A stretch of 49,971 bases of DNA from Candidatus Woesearchaeota archaeon. GTDB lineage: Archaea; Nanobdellota; Nanobdellia; SCGC-AAA011-G17; PNOQ01. The stretch lies in contig JABHMJ010000043.1 in NCBI GenBank assembly GCA_018693795.1, positions 1-49,971 of the forward strand, written 5' to 3'. The position numbers were made by a program, and so were the translations under genes. How positions within the stretch are numbered: the stretch's first letter is position 1; every line of letters starts with the position of its first letter. Positions 1 through 10,905 of this stretch are shown piece after piece. The notes under the pieces are model-generated. The model saw only the letters and a list, made by a program, of their open reading frames with translations. It was not told where the DNA came from and did no database searches.

Positions 1-2360
1 ATAAAAATTATTTTTTCTTAGAAGAAAATTTAGAGAACTTCTCAACTGAATTAAACAAAATAAATGATACATTCGTTAATCTAAATGATATTCTTCTTGT
101 TAGAGAGGAATATGAAGCTCTCAATGATGAAATAAAGAAAATTGTAATAAAATATTCAGGATTAGAAAAAAAAGACAGATTAATGGACACTTTCAAAAAA
201 TTATATTGGAGTAAAGTTTTAGAAAACATATTGAAAAAGGGAAACATTATTCCACCAAAAGATTTAGTTGAAAAATATCGATTAAATGCATTCGAAGTTA
301 GTGATAACTGGAGATTTAAAATAATGGGTGCTGCAAATATGAAAAAACCTTCTTTAGCTATAACCAGCTCTGGATCTAGCGAAGTTTCAATACTCAGAAG
401 GGAAGGAAAAAAGAAGAGAAGATTAAAACCCATAAGAGATTTATTATCTGAAACATCTGATTTATCTTTTAGCTTAAAACCTTGTTTTATGATGAGTCCA
501 CTGAGTGTAAGCCAATATATTGATCCAAATAAAATAAAATTTGATGTAGTAATCTTTGATGAAGCTTCTCAGATTATGCCCCAGGATGCGGTTCCCTGTC
601 TAATGAGGTCCAAACAAGCAATAATTATGGGAGATACTCAACAACTACCTCCCACTACATTTTTTAGTTCACAGGATGAAGAAGAAGTAGAAGAAGAGAT
701 TGAGGATTTAGAAAGTTTTTTGAGTGAAGCTAGCATAAAATTTAGAGAAAAAAGTTTAGATTGGCATTATAGGAGCAATGATGAATCTCTTATTGCATTT
801 TCAAACCATTTTTTCTATGATGGAAGATTAATAACATTTCCAAATTCTTCTAATTCAAATGGTTTAGAACATATCTATGTAAAAGAAGGAGTTTATGATA
901 GAGGAAAATCAAGAAAGAATAGAAAAGAAGCAAAAGCAATTGTTGAAAGCTATGTTTCTCTAAAAAAGAAGTATCCCACTAAATCATTCGGCATAATAGC
1001 TTTTAGTATAGCTCAAGAAAATGCAATAAGAGAGGAATTCCAACTAAAAAAAATAGATTTAGATGCAAGTATAGGATCTGAAAAAGAAGACCTTTTTGTA
1101 AAGAATTTAGAAACTGTTCAAGGAGATGAAAGAGACATAATCATTATCTCAGTTGGTTACGGGAAAAGTTCAGATGGTAAATTAAGTTATAACTTTGGTC
1201 CAATAAATAAAGAGGGAGGATTTAAAAGATTAAACGTAGCGATAACTCGTTCTAGATTTAAAACCCTAATCTTTTCAAGTATTTTACCAACTATGTTGGA
1301 TGAGGACAAAATAAATTCTCAGGGTCTAAGGAACCTTAAACAATATATGACCTATGCAAGGAAGAAAAATATTGGCGGTTTGATTAGTTCGACCGAACAC
1401 TTAAATTTTGATTCTGGTTTTGAGGAATCCGTTTATGATAGTTTAATTAATGAAGGTTACGATGTAAGTTGCCAAGTTGGTTGTTCAGGTTATAAGGTAG
1501 ACCTAGCAATAAAACACCCCAAAAACAAAGGAGAATATATTTTGGGAGTTGAATGTGATGGTGCCCAGTATCATTCATCAAGATATGCGAGAGATCGGGA
1601 TAAAGTCAGACAAGATGTTCTAGAAAGGCTGGGGTGGAAAATTCACAGGATTTGGTCTGATGACTGGTTAAATAATCGAGAACACGAATTGGAAAAAATA
1701 AAAAACAAAATAAATTCTCTATTGAAAAGTAAAAAAAAATTTGAAAAGAAGCAGGATAATCAATTTTTAGATGCAGATGAAGAACATTTAGAAGAAAAAG
1801 AAATAGAGGATTTATTTGAAAGTTATGAATTTGCAGATATTCCTACAAGGAGAAGAAAGCTCGAATATGATTCATATGGAGACTTATATGATGAAGAGTA
1901 TATAAAAAGATTAATCAGAGAAGTTTTAAGTATAGAGGAACCAATAGAAAAATCCCTACTATATAAGAGGGTGGCAAATTCATTTGGGATAAGAAAGGTT
2001 GGAGCAAGAATTAAAAGAAATTTTGATGGTTTAATTAATGAAATGGGTATACAAAAGAATGGAGAAACCCTATCCTGGAAAAGAATAACAGGTATCTTTC
2101 CCCCTAGAATTTCAAATGAAGAGGTTAGGCCTTTTATATACATACCAAAAGAAGAATTGGCAGGCGCACTTATTGAAATATTAAAAAATAATTTTTCAAC
2201 AGATAGAAAATCAATAATGAAGGATGTCACTAAAATTTATAATATAAATCGTTTGGGTAATAAAGTTCATAAAAAAGTGGAAGAAGCTATCAAATATTTA
2301 AAAAGGAAGAAATTAATTGAGGAATTCGATGGAAAAATACGGAAAACTAAGGAAAAATGA
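1..2360 (+). CDS. Superfamily I helicase with Vsr/MTES_1575-like endonuclease and DUF3320-like C-terminus (Hhe-like defence protein); 5' part lies outside the window
   Basis: Frame is open from base 3. Helicase motifs FDEASQ, GDTQQLPP, HYRS, VQGDERD and RLNVAITR; nuclease segment GVECDGAQYH...RDRD...LGWKIHRIWS. Confidence 0.85.
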   Translation, partial: KNYFFLEENLENFSTELNKINDTFVNLNDILLVREEYEALNDEIKKIVIKYSGLEKKDRLMDTFKKLYWSKVLENILKKGNIIPPKDLVEKYRLNAFEVSDNWRFKIMGAANMKKPSLAITSSGSSEVSILRREGKKKRRLKPIRDLLSETSDLSFSLKPCFMMSPLSVSQYIDPNKIKFDVVIFDEASQIMPQDAVPCLMRSKQAIIMGDTQQLPPTTFFSSQDEEEVEEEIEDLESFLSEASIKFREKSLDWHYRSNDESLIAFSNHFFYDGRLITFPNSSNSNGLEHIYVKEGVYDRGKSRKNRKEAKAIVESYVSLKKKYPTKSFGIIAFSIAQENAIREEFQLKKIDLDASIGSEKEDLFVKNLETVQGDERDIIIISVGYGKSSDGKLSYNFGPINKEGGFKRLNVAITRSRFKTLIFSSILPTMLDEDKINSQGLRNLKQYMTYARKKNIGGLISSTEHLNFDSGFEESVYDSLINEGYDVSCQVGCSGYKVDLAIKHPKNKGEYILGVECDGAQYHSSRYARDRDKVRQDVLERLGWKIHRIWSDDWLNNREHELEKIKNKINSLLKSKKKFEKKQDNQFLDADEEHLEEKEIEDLFESYEFADIPTRRRKLEYDSYGDLYDEEYIKRLIREVLSIEEPIEKSLLYKRVANSFGIRKVGARIKRNFDGLINEMGIQKNGETLSWKRITGIFPPRISNEEVRPFIYIPKEELAGALIEILKNNFSTDRKSIMKDVTKIYNINRLGNKVHKKVEEAIKYLKRKKLIEEFDGKIRKTKEK

Positions 2361-3820
2361 AAACGCTAACTAAATCTAAATATTTACTGGGATTACAATG
2401 CCCTAGACAGGTTTGGGTACATTTTCATGAACCAGATAAGGTTCCAGAAGTTGATGCGGCAACTCAAAAAATATTCGATGAGGGAAATGAAGTTGGCGAA
2501 CTAGTAAAAGAACTATTCCCTGGCGGAATTGATCTGCCAACTAAAGACTTTTTGGGCAACATTCAATTAACTAAAGGTTCCCTAAATGAAGGAAAACCTT
2601 TATTTGAGCCAGGATTTTTAACAGAAGATGGATTGTTTTCTAGAGGAGATATTTTACTTCCAACAGAAAATGGATGGGACATAATCGAAGTCAAAAGCGG
2701 TTCTAAAGTTAAAGATATTAACGTTGAAGATGTAGCATTTCAAAAATATTGTTATCAGAAATGCGGATTAAAAATAAATAAATGTTATTTAATGCATCTA
2801 AATAATGAATATGTTAGGGATGGAGATTTGGATGTCCAAGAACTATTCATACAAGAGGATATTACAGAAAGAGTAGAAGAAATATTGCCACAAGTTCCTG
2901 AGAAAATTCAATTAATAAAGGAAACAGTGGATGATCCAATAAGTCCAGAAAATAAAATTGGGTCCCATTGTAGTAAACCATATAATTGTCCATTTCAAGA
3001 GGAATGTTGGAGTTTTTTACCAGAAAATCATGTTGCTCACTTATATAGGGGGGGTGCCAAAGCTTTTGAATTAATTGATGGGAATATTCATGCTCTAAAA
3101 GATATTCCAGATGAATATAAACTAAATGATAAACAGCAAATTCAAAAAGAATGTGCTAAAACAGGAAAACCACATATACATAAAGAATCTCTGAAGCATT
3201 TTCTTTCAGGTTTAAAATATCCATTGTATTACTTGGATTTTGAAACATTTTCTACTGCAGTTCCAAAATTTGATGGATTAAAACCTTACCAACAAGTTCC
3301 TTTTCAATATAGTTTACATGTTGTTGACTCCCCTGGTGCAGAACCAAAACATTATTCTTTTTTGTATAAAGGAAAGGAAGATCCTCGTAAGGAGTTTATT
3401 TCTTCTTTAAAGAAAGTTTTAGGAGAAGCAGGAGATATAATTGTTTATAATCAAAGTTTTGAAATTTCTCGTTTAAGAGAAACTGCTGCTTTTCTTCCAG
3501 AGTATAATGATTGGGTAGAAAGTGTTGTAGGTCGTGTTGTTGATTTATTGATTCCATTTAGAAATTTTAGTTATTATAATCCAAAACAAGAGGGTTCAGC
3601 TTCTTTGAAATATGTTTTACCTGCTTTAACTGGCAAAGATTATTCACATTTGGGGATAAATAATGGTTCTGATGCTCTTTTACAATTTTATAATGCTACT
3701 TATGGAAATGCTTCAGAGGAAGAAAGAGAGAAAGTTTTCAAAGATTTAGAAGAATATTGTGAATTAGATACTTTGGGTATGGTTTGGATTGTTGATGCTT
3801 TGGGGGAATTGATAGGATAA
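2357..3820 (+). CDS. DUF2779-like protein: PD-(D/E)xK nuclease with Cas4/AddB-like Cys set plus C-terminal RNase H-like domain
   Basis: LTKSKY..GLQCP; GDIL...IIEVKS; CSKPYNCPFQEEC; YLDFET...PFQYSLH...YCELDT. ATGA overlap with the helicase. Confidence 0.75.
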   Translation: MKTLTKSKYLLGLQCPRQVWVHFHEPDKVPEVDAATQKIFDEGNEVGELVKELFPGGIDLPTKDFLGNIQLTKGSLNEGKPLFEPGFLTEDGLFSRGDILLPTENGWDIIEVKSGSKVKDINVEDVAFQKYCYQKCGLKINKCYLMHLNNEYVRDGDLDVQELFIQEDITERVEEILPQVPEKIQLIKETVDDPISPENKIGSHCSKPYNCPFQEECWSFLPENHVAHLYRGGAKAFELIDGNIHALKDIPDEYKLNDKQQIQKECAKTGKPHIHKESLKHFLSGLKYPLYYLDFETFSTAVPKFDGLKPYQQVPFQYSLHVVDSPGAEPKHYSFLYKGKEDPRKEFISSLKKVLGEAGDIIVYNQSFEISRLRETAAFLPEYNDWVESVVGRVVDLLIPFRNFSYYNPKQEGSASLKYVLPALTGKDYSHLGINNGSDALLQFYNATYGNASEEEREKVFKDLEEYCELDTLGMVWIVDALGELIG

Positions 3821-3858
3821 GACTTATAAATTTAAACTTTATAAATTATTTAATTAAA

Positions 3859-5847
3859 ATGTCAATTAAAATGAAAAAACAACAAACAACAAACAACATT
3901 GCAATTCCCAATAAAGATTTAGAAATTCTCAAAAAACATTTTTCTAATTGCTTTGATAAAGGAGGAAATTTTGATATTGAAAAGTTTAAAAAAGAACTAT
4001 CTAAAAATGAAATAGATTTTTCTAAAGAGGGTTATGGGATTGATTGGTTAGGGAAAAATTACGCTAGATTAATTGCAAGTGATAATGCTACAACCCTTCT
4101 AAAAGGAAATAAAGATTGGAATAAAAAAGATGAAAATAAAGATTCCAAAAACTTGCTTATAAAAGGGGATAATCTAGAAGTATTAAAACATCTTTCAAAC
4201 AATTACTATGAAAAAATAAAAATTATATATATTGATCCTCCTTATAACACTGGAAGTGATGGATTTGTATATCAAGATGATAGAAAATTTACAGTAAAAG
4301 AATTATCAAAACTCGCAGGGATAGATGAAGAAAAAGCAAAAAGAATTTTAGAGTTTACTCAAAGTAAAAGCAATTCTCACAGTGCGTGGCTTACTTTTAT
4401 GTATCCAAGGTTGTATATTGCAAAACAACTTTTAAAAGATGAAGGGGTTATTTTTATTTCAATTGATGATAATGAGGTTGCGCAATTAAGACTTTTAATG
4501 GATGAAATTTTTGGAGAAGAAAATTCTCTCGATAGGGGAACTTTGATATGGGTCAACAAGGGCAGTACAAAGGGGTTTAATAAAATTGTAAAAAACCACG
4601 AATATATTCTGGCTTATGGAAAAAACGCAAGTTTGGTTAAAAGTTTTTATGGTAAAAACCATATAGATGAATTAGATATTATTAATGAAAGACTCCAAAT
4701 TAAAAGAACTCTAAAAAATCCTACATCTCAAGTTTTATTTCCAAAGGGCATAAAAATAGAAGAAGTAGACAACACTCTTTTTGAAAATTCTGTGGGAGGG
4801 AAAACAGGCAGAATTGACATTATTAATAATAATAGAAAAATGATTTTTGAAAATGGACGCCTAAAACATGACATAATCCTAGAGGCCGCATTTCCGTATA
4901 AAAATCAAATGATTAAATTTTTTAAAAATGATGGTGAAGTTTATGATTTTAAAGGTCAAAAATGGCTTGAAGTATATTTCAAAAAAACAGGAATACCCTA
5001 TTTTAAAAAAGAGAGAAATACAAAAATTATAAGCTCCATTTTGGATGACTGTGGCAATTCCGGTTTAAAAGATGTTGAAAAATTGAATATTCCTTTTAAT
5101 AATCCAAAACCAGTGAATTTAATTGAGAAAATTATTGACTATTTTTCCTCAAATGAAGATGTCATCCTCGATTTCTTCGCTGGATCTGGAACAACAGGAG
5201 AAGCAGTAATGCAGTTAAATTCTGATACAAAGGGGAATAGAAAATATATTCTAGTTCAACTTCCTGAAGAAATAAATCCTCAGAAAGACAAAATCTCATA
5301 TGATTTTGTTAAAAAAGAATTAAAAATAAAAAACCCCACAATTTTTGATATAACAAAAGAAAGATTATATAGGTCAGCCAAAAAGATAAAAGAAGATAAA
5401 GAAAAAACAACAGACATAGATTTTGGATTTAAAATATTTGAAACAATACCTATTTGGGAAGATTATAATTTTGATACGGAAGAGTTTAGTTCACAAACAA
5501 AACTTTTCAATGAAAGTAATTTAAGAAAAGAGGACTTACAAATTCTTCTAACAACTTGGAAAACTTATGATGGAATTCCGCTTACACAAGATTTAAAAGA
5601 AATAAATTTAGATGGATATACTGGATATTACTTTGACAATAAATTATACTTGATAGATAAAGGATTTAAAACAAAAAATCTTAAAAAATTATTAACTGAA
5701 ATTGATGAAAACAAAGAGTTTAATCCTGCAATTGTTATTGTATTTGGTTATAATTTTGAAAGTAAAGTTTTAAGAGAAATTGCAGAAAATATAAAAAACT
5801 ATTCTAATAAAAAAAATATGGGAGTTGATTTTGTAACAAGATATTAA
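3859..5847 (+). CDS. mod: Type III R-M methyltransferase subunit
   Basis: IYIDPPYNTG and DFFAGSGTT motifs in beta-class order; directly upstream of res. Start may be the ATG at 3871. Confidence 0.92.
   Translation: MSIKMKKQQTTNNIAIPNKDLEILKKHFSNCFDKGGNFDIEKFKKELSKNEIDFSKEGYGIDWLGKNYARLIASDNATTLLKGNKDWNKKDENKDSKNLLIKGDNLEVLKHLSNNYYEKIKIIYIDPPYNTGSDGFVYQDDRKFTVKELSKLAGIDEEKAKRILEFTQSKSNSHSAWLTFMYPRLYIAKQLLKDEGVIFISIDDNEVAQLRLLMDEIFGEENSLDRGTLIWVNKGSTKGFNKIVKNHEYILAYGKNASLVKSFYGKNHIDELDIINERLQIKRTLKNPTSQVLFPKGIKIEEVDNTLFENSVGGKTGRIDIINNNRKMIFENGRLKHDIILEAAFPYKNQMIKFFKNDGEVYDFKGQKWLEVYFKKTGIPYFKKERNTKIISSILDDCGNSGLKDVEKLNIPFNNPKPVNLIEKIIDYFSSNEDVILDFFAGSGTTGEAVMQLNSDTKGNRKYILVQLPEEINPQKDKISYDFVKKELKIKNPTIFDITKERLYRSAKKIKEDKEKTTDIDFGFKIFETIPIWEDYNFDTEEFSSQTKLFNESNLRKEDLQILLTTWKTYDGIPLTQDLKEINLDGYTGYYFDNKLYLIDKGFKTKNLKKLLTEIDENKEFNPAIVIVFGYNFESKVLREIAENIKNYSNKKNMGVDFVTRY
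3877..3897 (+). repeat. (AAACAAC)x3 perfect tandem heptamer at the 5' end of mod
   Basis: aaacaac aaacaac aaacaac read directly from the sequence. Confidence 0.8.
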
Positions 5848-5848
5848 A

Positions 5849-8713
5849 ATGGCGGGATTTAATTTTGAAAAAAACTTAGAACATCAAAGTCAGGCAGTAA
5901 ACTCTACGGTGGGTGTTTTTGATAGTGTAGAAATAACAAAACCAAAAGGGATAGAAAAAGAATTCACCAATCCCTTCTTGATTAAAGATACAAGTTTTAA
6001 ATATGTGAAAAATATAGGGAATATTCAAGAACAAAATAGTATCGAAAGAAGTGTAAAAGGTAGGAGCAATATTCTTGATATTATGATGGAAACCGGAACA
6101 GGAAAAACTTATGCTTACACCAAAACTATTTTTGAACTCAATAAATTATATGGAATCTTTAAGTTTGTAATTGTGGTGCCCACATTACCCATTAAAGCAG
6201 GGACAATTGATTTTTTAAATTCAGATAGCGCGAGAGAACATTTTAAGGAACAATACGGTAAAACAATAAAAATCCATATTGTAGAAAGTAAAAATGGTAG
6301 GAAAAATAAAAAATCTTATATGCCTCCTGCCATAAATAGTTTTGTCAATGCGGGAAGTTTTGAAAAAAATAAAATTCAAGTATTAATAATAAATGCGGGG
6401 ATGGTTAATTCCAAAACCATGCAAGAAAAGTTTGATAGAACTTTATTAGATAAACATACAATCCCTTTTGAAGCTATCTCTGCAACAAAACCTTTTATGA
6501 TTATTGATGAGCCCCATAAGTTTACTAAAGAAAATACAACATGGCAAAATATTCAGAAAATGGATCCCCAATTTATTCTTAGATATGGTGCAACCTTTAA
6601 AGAAAATGAAAATCTAATTTATAACTTAACTGCTGTTGATTCCTTTAATAGAAATCTAGTAAAGGGAGTTATTGGCCACATTACAGAATTTGAAACTGGG
6701 AAAAATGCAATAATAAAATTTGTAAATTCTGATGGCAAAGAAGCAAGTTTAGATTTAATAGAAAATGATAAAAAGAAATCATTTAAGATTATTGCAAAAG
6801 AAAGTTTAGAAAAAATGCATAATGCAATGGCAGATTTGTATATTGAAAATTTAAACAAAACCACAATTATTTTGTCTAATGGATTAGAATTAAAAAAAGG
6901 AGATAAAATAAATCCATATTCTTATGCAGAAACATTGCAAGAAACAATGATTCAAAAAGCGATTAAACATCATTTTGAACAAGAAAAGAAATATCTTACA
7001 AGGGTAGTCAAAATAAAGCCACTAACTCTGTTTTTTATTGATAATATTGAAGAATATAGAAATAAAGAAGGGTATCTAAAAAAAACTGTTGAAAAATATA
7101 TAAAAGTAGAAGTTAAGAAATTGTTAAAAACAGAAAAAGATAAATTCTATAAAGAATACTTAGAAAAAACTTTGCAAGATATTTCAAAAACTCACGGAGG
7201 TTATTTTTCTAAAGATAATAGTGAAAAAGATGAGGCAATTGAAAAAGAAGTAAATGAAATTTTGCACGATAAACAAGAAATACTAGATTTAGAAAATCCA
7301 AGAAGATTTATTTTTTCTAAATGGACATTAAGGGAAGGGTGGGACAATCCAAATATTTTTCAGATTTGTAAATTAAGAAGTAGTGGATCAGAGATTTCAA
7401 AATTACAAGAGGTAGGTCGTGGGCTTCGTTTGCCAGTAAATCAATATGGAAATCGTGTAAAAAATGAACAATTTTTCTTAAATTATTTTGTAGATTTTAC
7501 TGAGAATGATTTTGTAGAACAATTGGTAAATGAAATAAACGAAAAATCAGGGGCAATTTCAATAGAAGATACCCCCAAAAAACTTACAGGTGAAATAATT
7601 AAACAAATAGTTGAAAAATATAATATCCAGGAAGAAAAATTGTTAGAAAAGCTAGATGGTGCAAGTGTTATCAAAAGGAATAATGATTTTAAAACAGATG
7701 GATTTGAGTATATAAAAACAAATTATCCGCTTATTTTTGAAGGGATAAATTCAAACAAAGTTAGAAGAGTCGCAGATACCAAAAAGAAACTGGGGATAAG
7801 GGTTAAAAAATACGCAGAATTAAAAGATTTGTGGGAAAAACTTAATGAAAAAGTTGTATTAGAATATAAAATAGAAAATGAAAACAAATTTAAAGAACTT
7901 TTTATAGATTTTTTAAAAAACAACCCTTCTTTTTCAATTGAAGGGGTAAAAGAGAAAATAGCAAAAATAACCTTTGAAAAAAAACAAGCTACCTTAAAAG
8001 AAGAAGTTGCAATCTATGGAAATAAAATAAAACCTATCTCAACAATGAGATATGATGAATTTTTGAAACAACTATCTAAAATTTTACATATTAATTTAAA
8101 AACTTTGCATCAGTGTTTTGTTGAAACAAAAATAGAAATAGATAAATATCAAAATCAATCTACTATTAGATTTTTCCAAAAAAAATTTAATGATTACTTG
8201 ATGTATGAGGCTTTGAACAAATTTACAATTGAATATAAAAAAGTAACAGGTTCCATTCATCCAACAAAATTTACAAATGTTGATGGCAAAGTTAAAGATG
8301 AAATTGACGCTTCTGATGTAGGGTTACTTTATTCGGATGACCTTGTAGCAAACAATTATTTTTTTGAGGAATTATTTTATGATTCAGAATTAGAAAAAGA
8401 AAATATAAAAACAAAAGTAAGTGAAGTGATTGTTTTTACTAAGATACCTAAAAATTCAATTAGGATACCTGTTGCAGGAGGTAAAAGCTATTCTCCCGAT
8501 TTTGCTTATGTCTTAAATTTTGAGGATGGCAAAAAGAAATTGTATTTTATTGTTGAAACAAAAAATACTGATGAAGAAAGCCTAAGAAAAGAAGAAATAC
8601 AAAAGATTAAACATGCAGAAAAATTCTTTGGGGATACTATAAAAATAAAATTCAAAACACAATTTAGTGATAGGAAAATAGCAACTTTAATTCAAGAGAT
8701 ATATAATAAATAA
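5849..8713 (+). CDS. res: Type III R-M restriction subunit (EcoP15I-like)
   Basis: METGTGKT, IIDEPH, LREGWDNPN, QEVGRGLR and C-terminal YSPDF...IVETK endonuclease motif. Confidence 0.92.
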   Translation: MAGFNFEKNLEHQSQAVNSTVGVFDSVEITKPKGIEKEFTNPFLIKDTSFKYVKNIGNIQEQNSIERSVKGRSNILDIMMETGTGKTYAYTKTIFELNKLYGIFKFVIVVPTLPIKAGTIDFLNSDSAREHFKEQYGKTIKIHIVESKNGRKNKKSYMPPAINSFVNAGSFEKNKIQVLIINAGMVNSKTMQEKFDRTLLDKHTIPFEAISATKPFMIIDEPHKFTKENTTWQNIQKMDPQFILRYGATFKENENLIYNLTAVDSFNRNLVKGVIGHITEFETGKNAIIKFVNSDGKEASLDLIENDKKKSFKIIAKESLEKMHNAMADLYIENLNKTTIILSNGLELKKGDKINPYSYAETLQETMIQKAIKHHFEQEKKYLTRVVKIKPLTLFFIDNIEEYRNKEGYLKKTVEKYIKVEVKKLLKTEKDKFYKEYLEKTLQDISKTHGGYFSKDNSEKDEAIEKEVNEILHDKQEILDLENPRRFIFSKWTLREGWDNPNIFQICKLRSSGSEISKLQEVGRGLRLPVNQYGNRVKNEQFFLNYFVDFTENDFVEQLVNEINEKSGAISIEDTPKKLTGEIIKQIVEKYNIQEEKLLEKLDGASVIKRNNDFKTDGFEYIKTNYPLIFEGINSNKVRRVADTKKKLGIRVKKYAELKDLWEKLNEKVVLEYKIENENKFKELFIDFLKNNPSFSIEGVKEKIAKITFEKKQATLKEEVAIYGNKIKPISTMRYDEFLKQLSKILHINLKTLHQCFVETKIEIDKYQNQSTIRFFQKKFNDYLMYEALNKFTIEYKKVTGSIHPTKFTNVDGKVKDEIDASDVGLLYSDDLVANNYFFEELFYDSELEKENIKTKVSEVIVFTKIPKNSIRIPVAGGKSYSPDFAYVLNFEDGKKKLYFIVETKNTDEESLRKEEIQKIKHAEKFFGDTIKIKFKTQFSDRKIATLIQEIYNK

Positions 8714-8717
8714 TATT

Positions 8718-9386
8718 TTAGTTATTCTCCTTCCAACTCCAATAATCACACTTCCCAACAATAACATGATCCAAAACAGAAATACCCAATAATTCTCCCG
8801 CTTCTCTAAAAATTTCAGTAACTCTCTCATCCTCAGAACTAGGACTACAATCACCTGAAGGATGATTATGAACTAATATTATGGAATTTGCACTCTCTTT
8901 AATAGCACTCTTAAAAACCTCACGTGGATGAACCAGAGAACTATTTAAGGTACCAACAGAAACAACAGAATCTTTAATAATAAAATTTTTAGTATCTAAA
9001 TACAAACAAAGAAAATACTCTTTTTTACGTTTACCATAAGAATCAACAAAATAATCATAAACATCTTTGGCAGAAGTAATCTTTCGTTTATAACCATGAT
9101 TAACCAATTTATTATATCTTTTACTCAACTCAATTAAAGCTTGTATTCTAAATGCTTTTCCAATATCATTATTACATTCTTTCAACAACTCAGTAAAACC
9201 AAGTTCTTCAAATTTGTGTAAATTATATTTTTTTAATAATCTGTTACTTATTTCTAAAGCACTCTCTTTTTTATCCCCTTTCCCAAATATTATTGATAAT
9301 AACTCTGCAGTATCTAATGAAGAAGCACCCTGTTTTAGTAATTTAGAAGAAGGTTTGTTAAATGAAGGCAAATCTTTTATTTTCAT
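8718..9386 (-). CDS. radC: RadC family JAB-domain protein
   Basis: VHPREVF, HNHPSGD..PS.ED, LDHVIVG. Confidence 0.92.
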   Translation of the reverse strand: MKIKDLPSFNKPSSKLLKQGASSLDTAELLSIIFGKGDKKESALEISNRLLKKYNLHKFEELGFTELLKECNNDIGKAFRIQALIELSKRYNKLVNHGYKRKITSAKDVYDYFVDSYGKRKKEYFLCLYLDTKNFIIKDSVVSVGTLNSSLVHPREVFKSAIKESANSIILVHNHPSGDCSPSSEDERVTEIFREAGELLGISVLDHVIVGKCDYWSWKENN

Positions 9387-9426
9387 AAAAAAACTAACTA
9401 AAATCTCTTTAAAAGGTTTTATTTAG

Positions 9427-9501
9427 TTAACTACTAACAAAAGTGTCTCCCATCTCTTCATACCTTTCCACCAATTCCAAAAATATTTCATTTATTTCCA
9501 T
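9427..9501 (-). CDS. Putative 24-aa small ORF (MEINEIFLELVERYEEMGDTFVSS)
   Basis: GGAGG Shine-Dalgarno at 9511-9507 precedes the ATG; fills the integrase-radC gap. Confidence 0.35.
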   Translation of the reverse strand: MEINEIFLELVERYEEMGDTFVSS

Positions 9502-9555
9502 TTAGACCTCCAATTATTTCAAAGGCCTATTGCTTAACATGTCTAAAGACTCGGT

Positions 9556-10905
9556 TTATTGCTTGACCATTTTCCTAAATTCTGAATACAATTCAAAAAA
9601 CTTACTTTTCAAAGCAGGAGTATTCATAACAGTTTCAAAATTTAAATCATAAGTATTACCAGAAGCGCAAGAAACAACAGGAGCTTTCTGTACATCTAAA
9701 CAAAAGGAATCAATCTCTTTACTTAACCTCTCAACTTTCAATAACTCCTTTTCATTTAAAATCATTCCGCAATTACAATGCATTGCATCAATTGGATTCT
9801 TTCTATCACACCTGGGGCAAGTAATTAACTGCATAACCTTTTCATTACTCCCTTCAGAACTAACAATTCCATACATTTCAGCATATTTGTTATTAACATG
9901 GTCTTCAGAGTAATGCAAATAAATCTTCGCCATTTGAGATCCTTCACTCCATCCCGCCCTAACAGACAAATCCCTCTCAGACCAACCTAATCTACCCAAT
10001 TTATCCAAAGCAGCATGTCTAAAAGCATGCGGATTAACTCTTTTAGTTATTCCAGAACGTTTAGCATATTTAACCAACAATCCACGAATTCCAGCTAAAG
10101 TAAGTCTTTTTCCATAATCACGAGTACCAAGACAATAAAATAAAGGAGCTTCAGAATTTTTCTTGTATACATGTTGGTTCTTATAACGCCTCAAATAAGG
10201 TTCACTAATAATCAATCTAATCTTTCTTTTTTTAGTCTTACTCTCTTGTATATCAATAAAAGCACCATAACTATCAAAACTAATATTTCCAACATTCAAA
10301 TCAATTAATTCTCCAACTCTACACCCACTTTCTGCTAGAATAGATATCAATGCTTTATCTCTAGCCAAATCTGCTGAATTAATTAGTTTCAAAATATCAG
10401 AATCATCCAACAACTTATTTTGATCCAATCTCTCAATCATGCACTTATCAAATTTCATATTCTCCAAAGTTTCAACAATTTCATTAAAATCCAATTTTTC
10501 ACGTTTTGCTAGCCAAGCATAAAAACATTTCAGAGTTTTTGCAATAGAATTCAACACTGATTGACTACAAGAAGAATATCGCTCAATAAATCCTTCTGCA
10601 TCAGATAAATTGGCCTCTAAATACTCTTTGTTAATATACACGCCAAATCTCCGTAAATGCCTTATATACTCATAAAAAGTTGCATAGCTTCTAGCCTTCT
10701 TACTAGACTTAGTCACTGTATTGCCTGTCCTAAGGGCCATGTAATAGGTTCTCAATAACTTTTGTTGATCTAAACTCAAGTTTCCCTTCACAATAACCTT
10801 AGAACTACTATCTCTGCTTTGATCTACCTGATCAGTTAAACACCTTTCAATTCTTTCAATATACTGTTCTTCTCGTTCTTTTCTCATTTTATAACAAATA
10901 GCCAA
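9556..10905 (-). CDS. Tyrosine recombinase/integrase with C-terminal zinc ribbon
   Basis: Catalytic set ESGCRVGE (R), SKT (K), HAFRH, AGW, IYLH (Y); CPRC...CNCG. The true start is probably the ATG about 18 nt downstream. Confidence 0.9.
   Translation of the reverse strand: MAICYKMRKEREEQYIERIERCLTDQVDQSRDSSSKVIVKGNLSLDQQKLLRTYYMALRTGNTVTKSSKKARSYATFYEYIRHLRRFGVYINKEYLEANLSDAEGFIERYSSCSQSVLNSIAKTLKCFYAWLAKREKLDFNEIVETLENMKFDKCMIERLDQNKLLDDSDILKLINSADLARDKALISILAESGCRVGELIDLNVGNISFDSYGAFIDIQESKTKKRKIRLIISEPYLRRYKNQHVYKKNSEAPLFYCLGTRDYGKRLTLAGIRGLLVKYAKRSGITKRVNPHAFRHAALDKLGRLGWSERDLSVRAGWSEGSQMAKIYLHYSEDHVNNKYAEMYGIVSSEGSNEKVMQLITCPRCDRKNPIDAMHCNCGMILNEKELLKVERLSKEIDSFCLDVQKAPVVSCASGNTYDLNFETVMNTPALKSKFFELYSEFRKMVKQ

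Larger units (their letters stand above)
1..10905. mobile_element. Probable integrated defence island ending at the integrase
   Basis: Cluster of helicase-nuclease, nuclease, type III R-M, RadC and integrase. No att site identified; left end is outside the window. Confidence 0.5.

Noticed and set aside
8..7923. Minus-strand ORFs within the helicase, mod and res genes
   Set aside because: Antisense shadows of well-supported genes.
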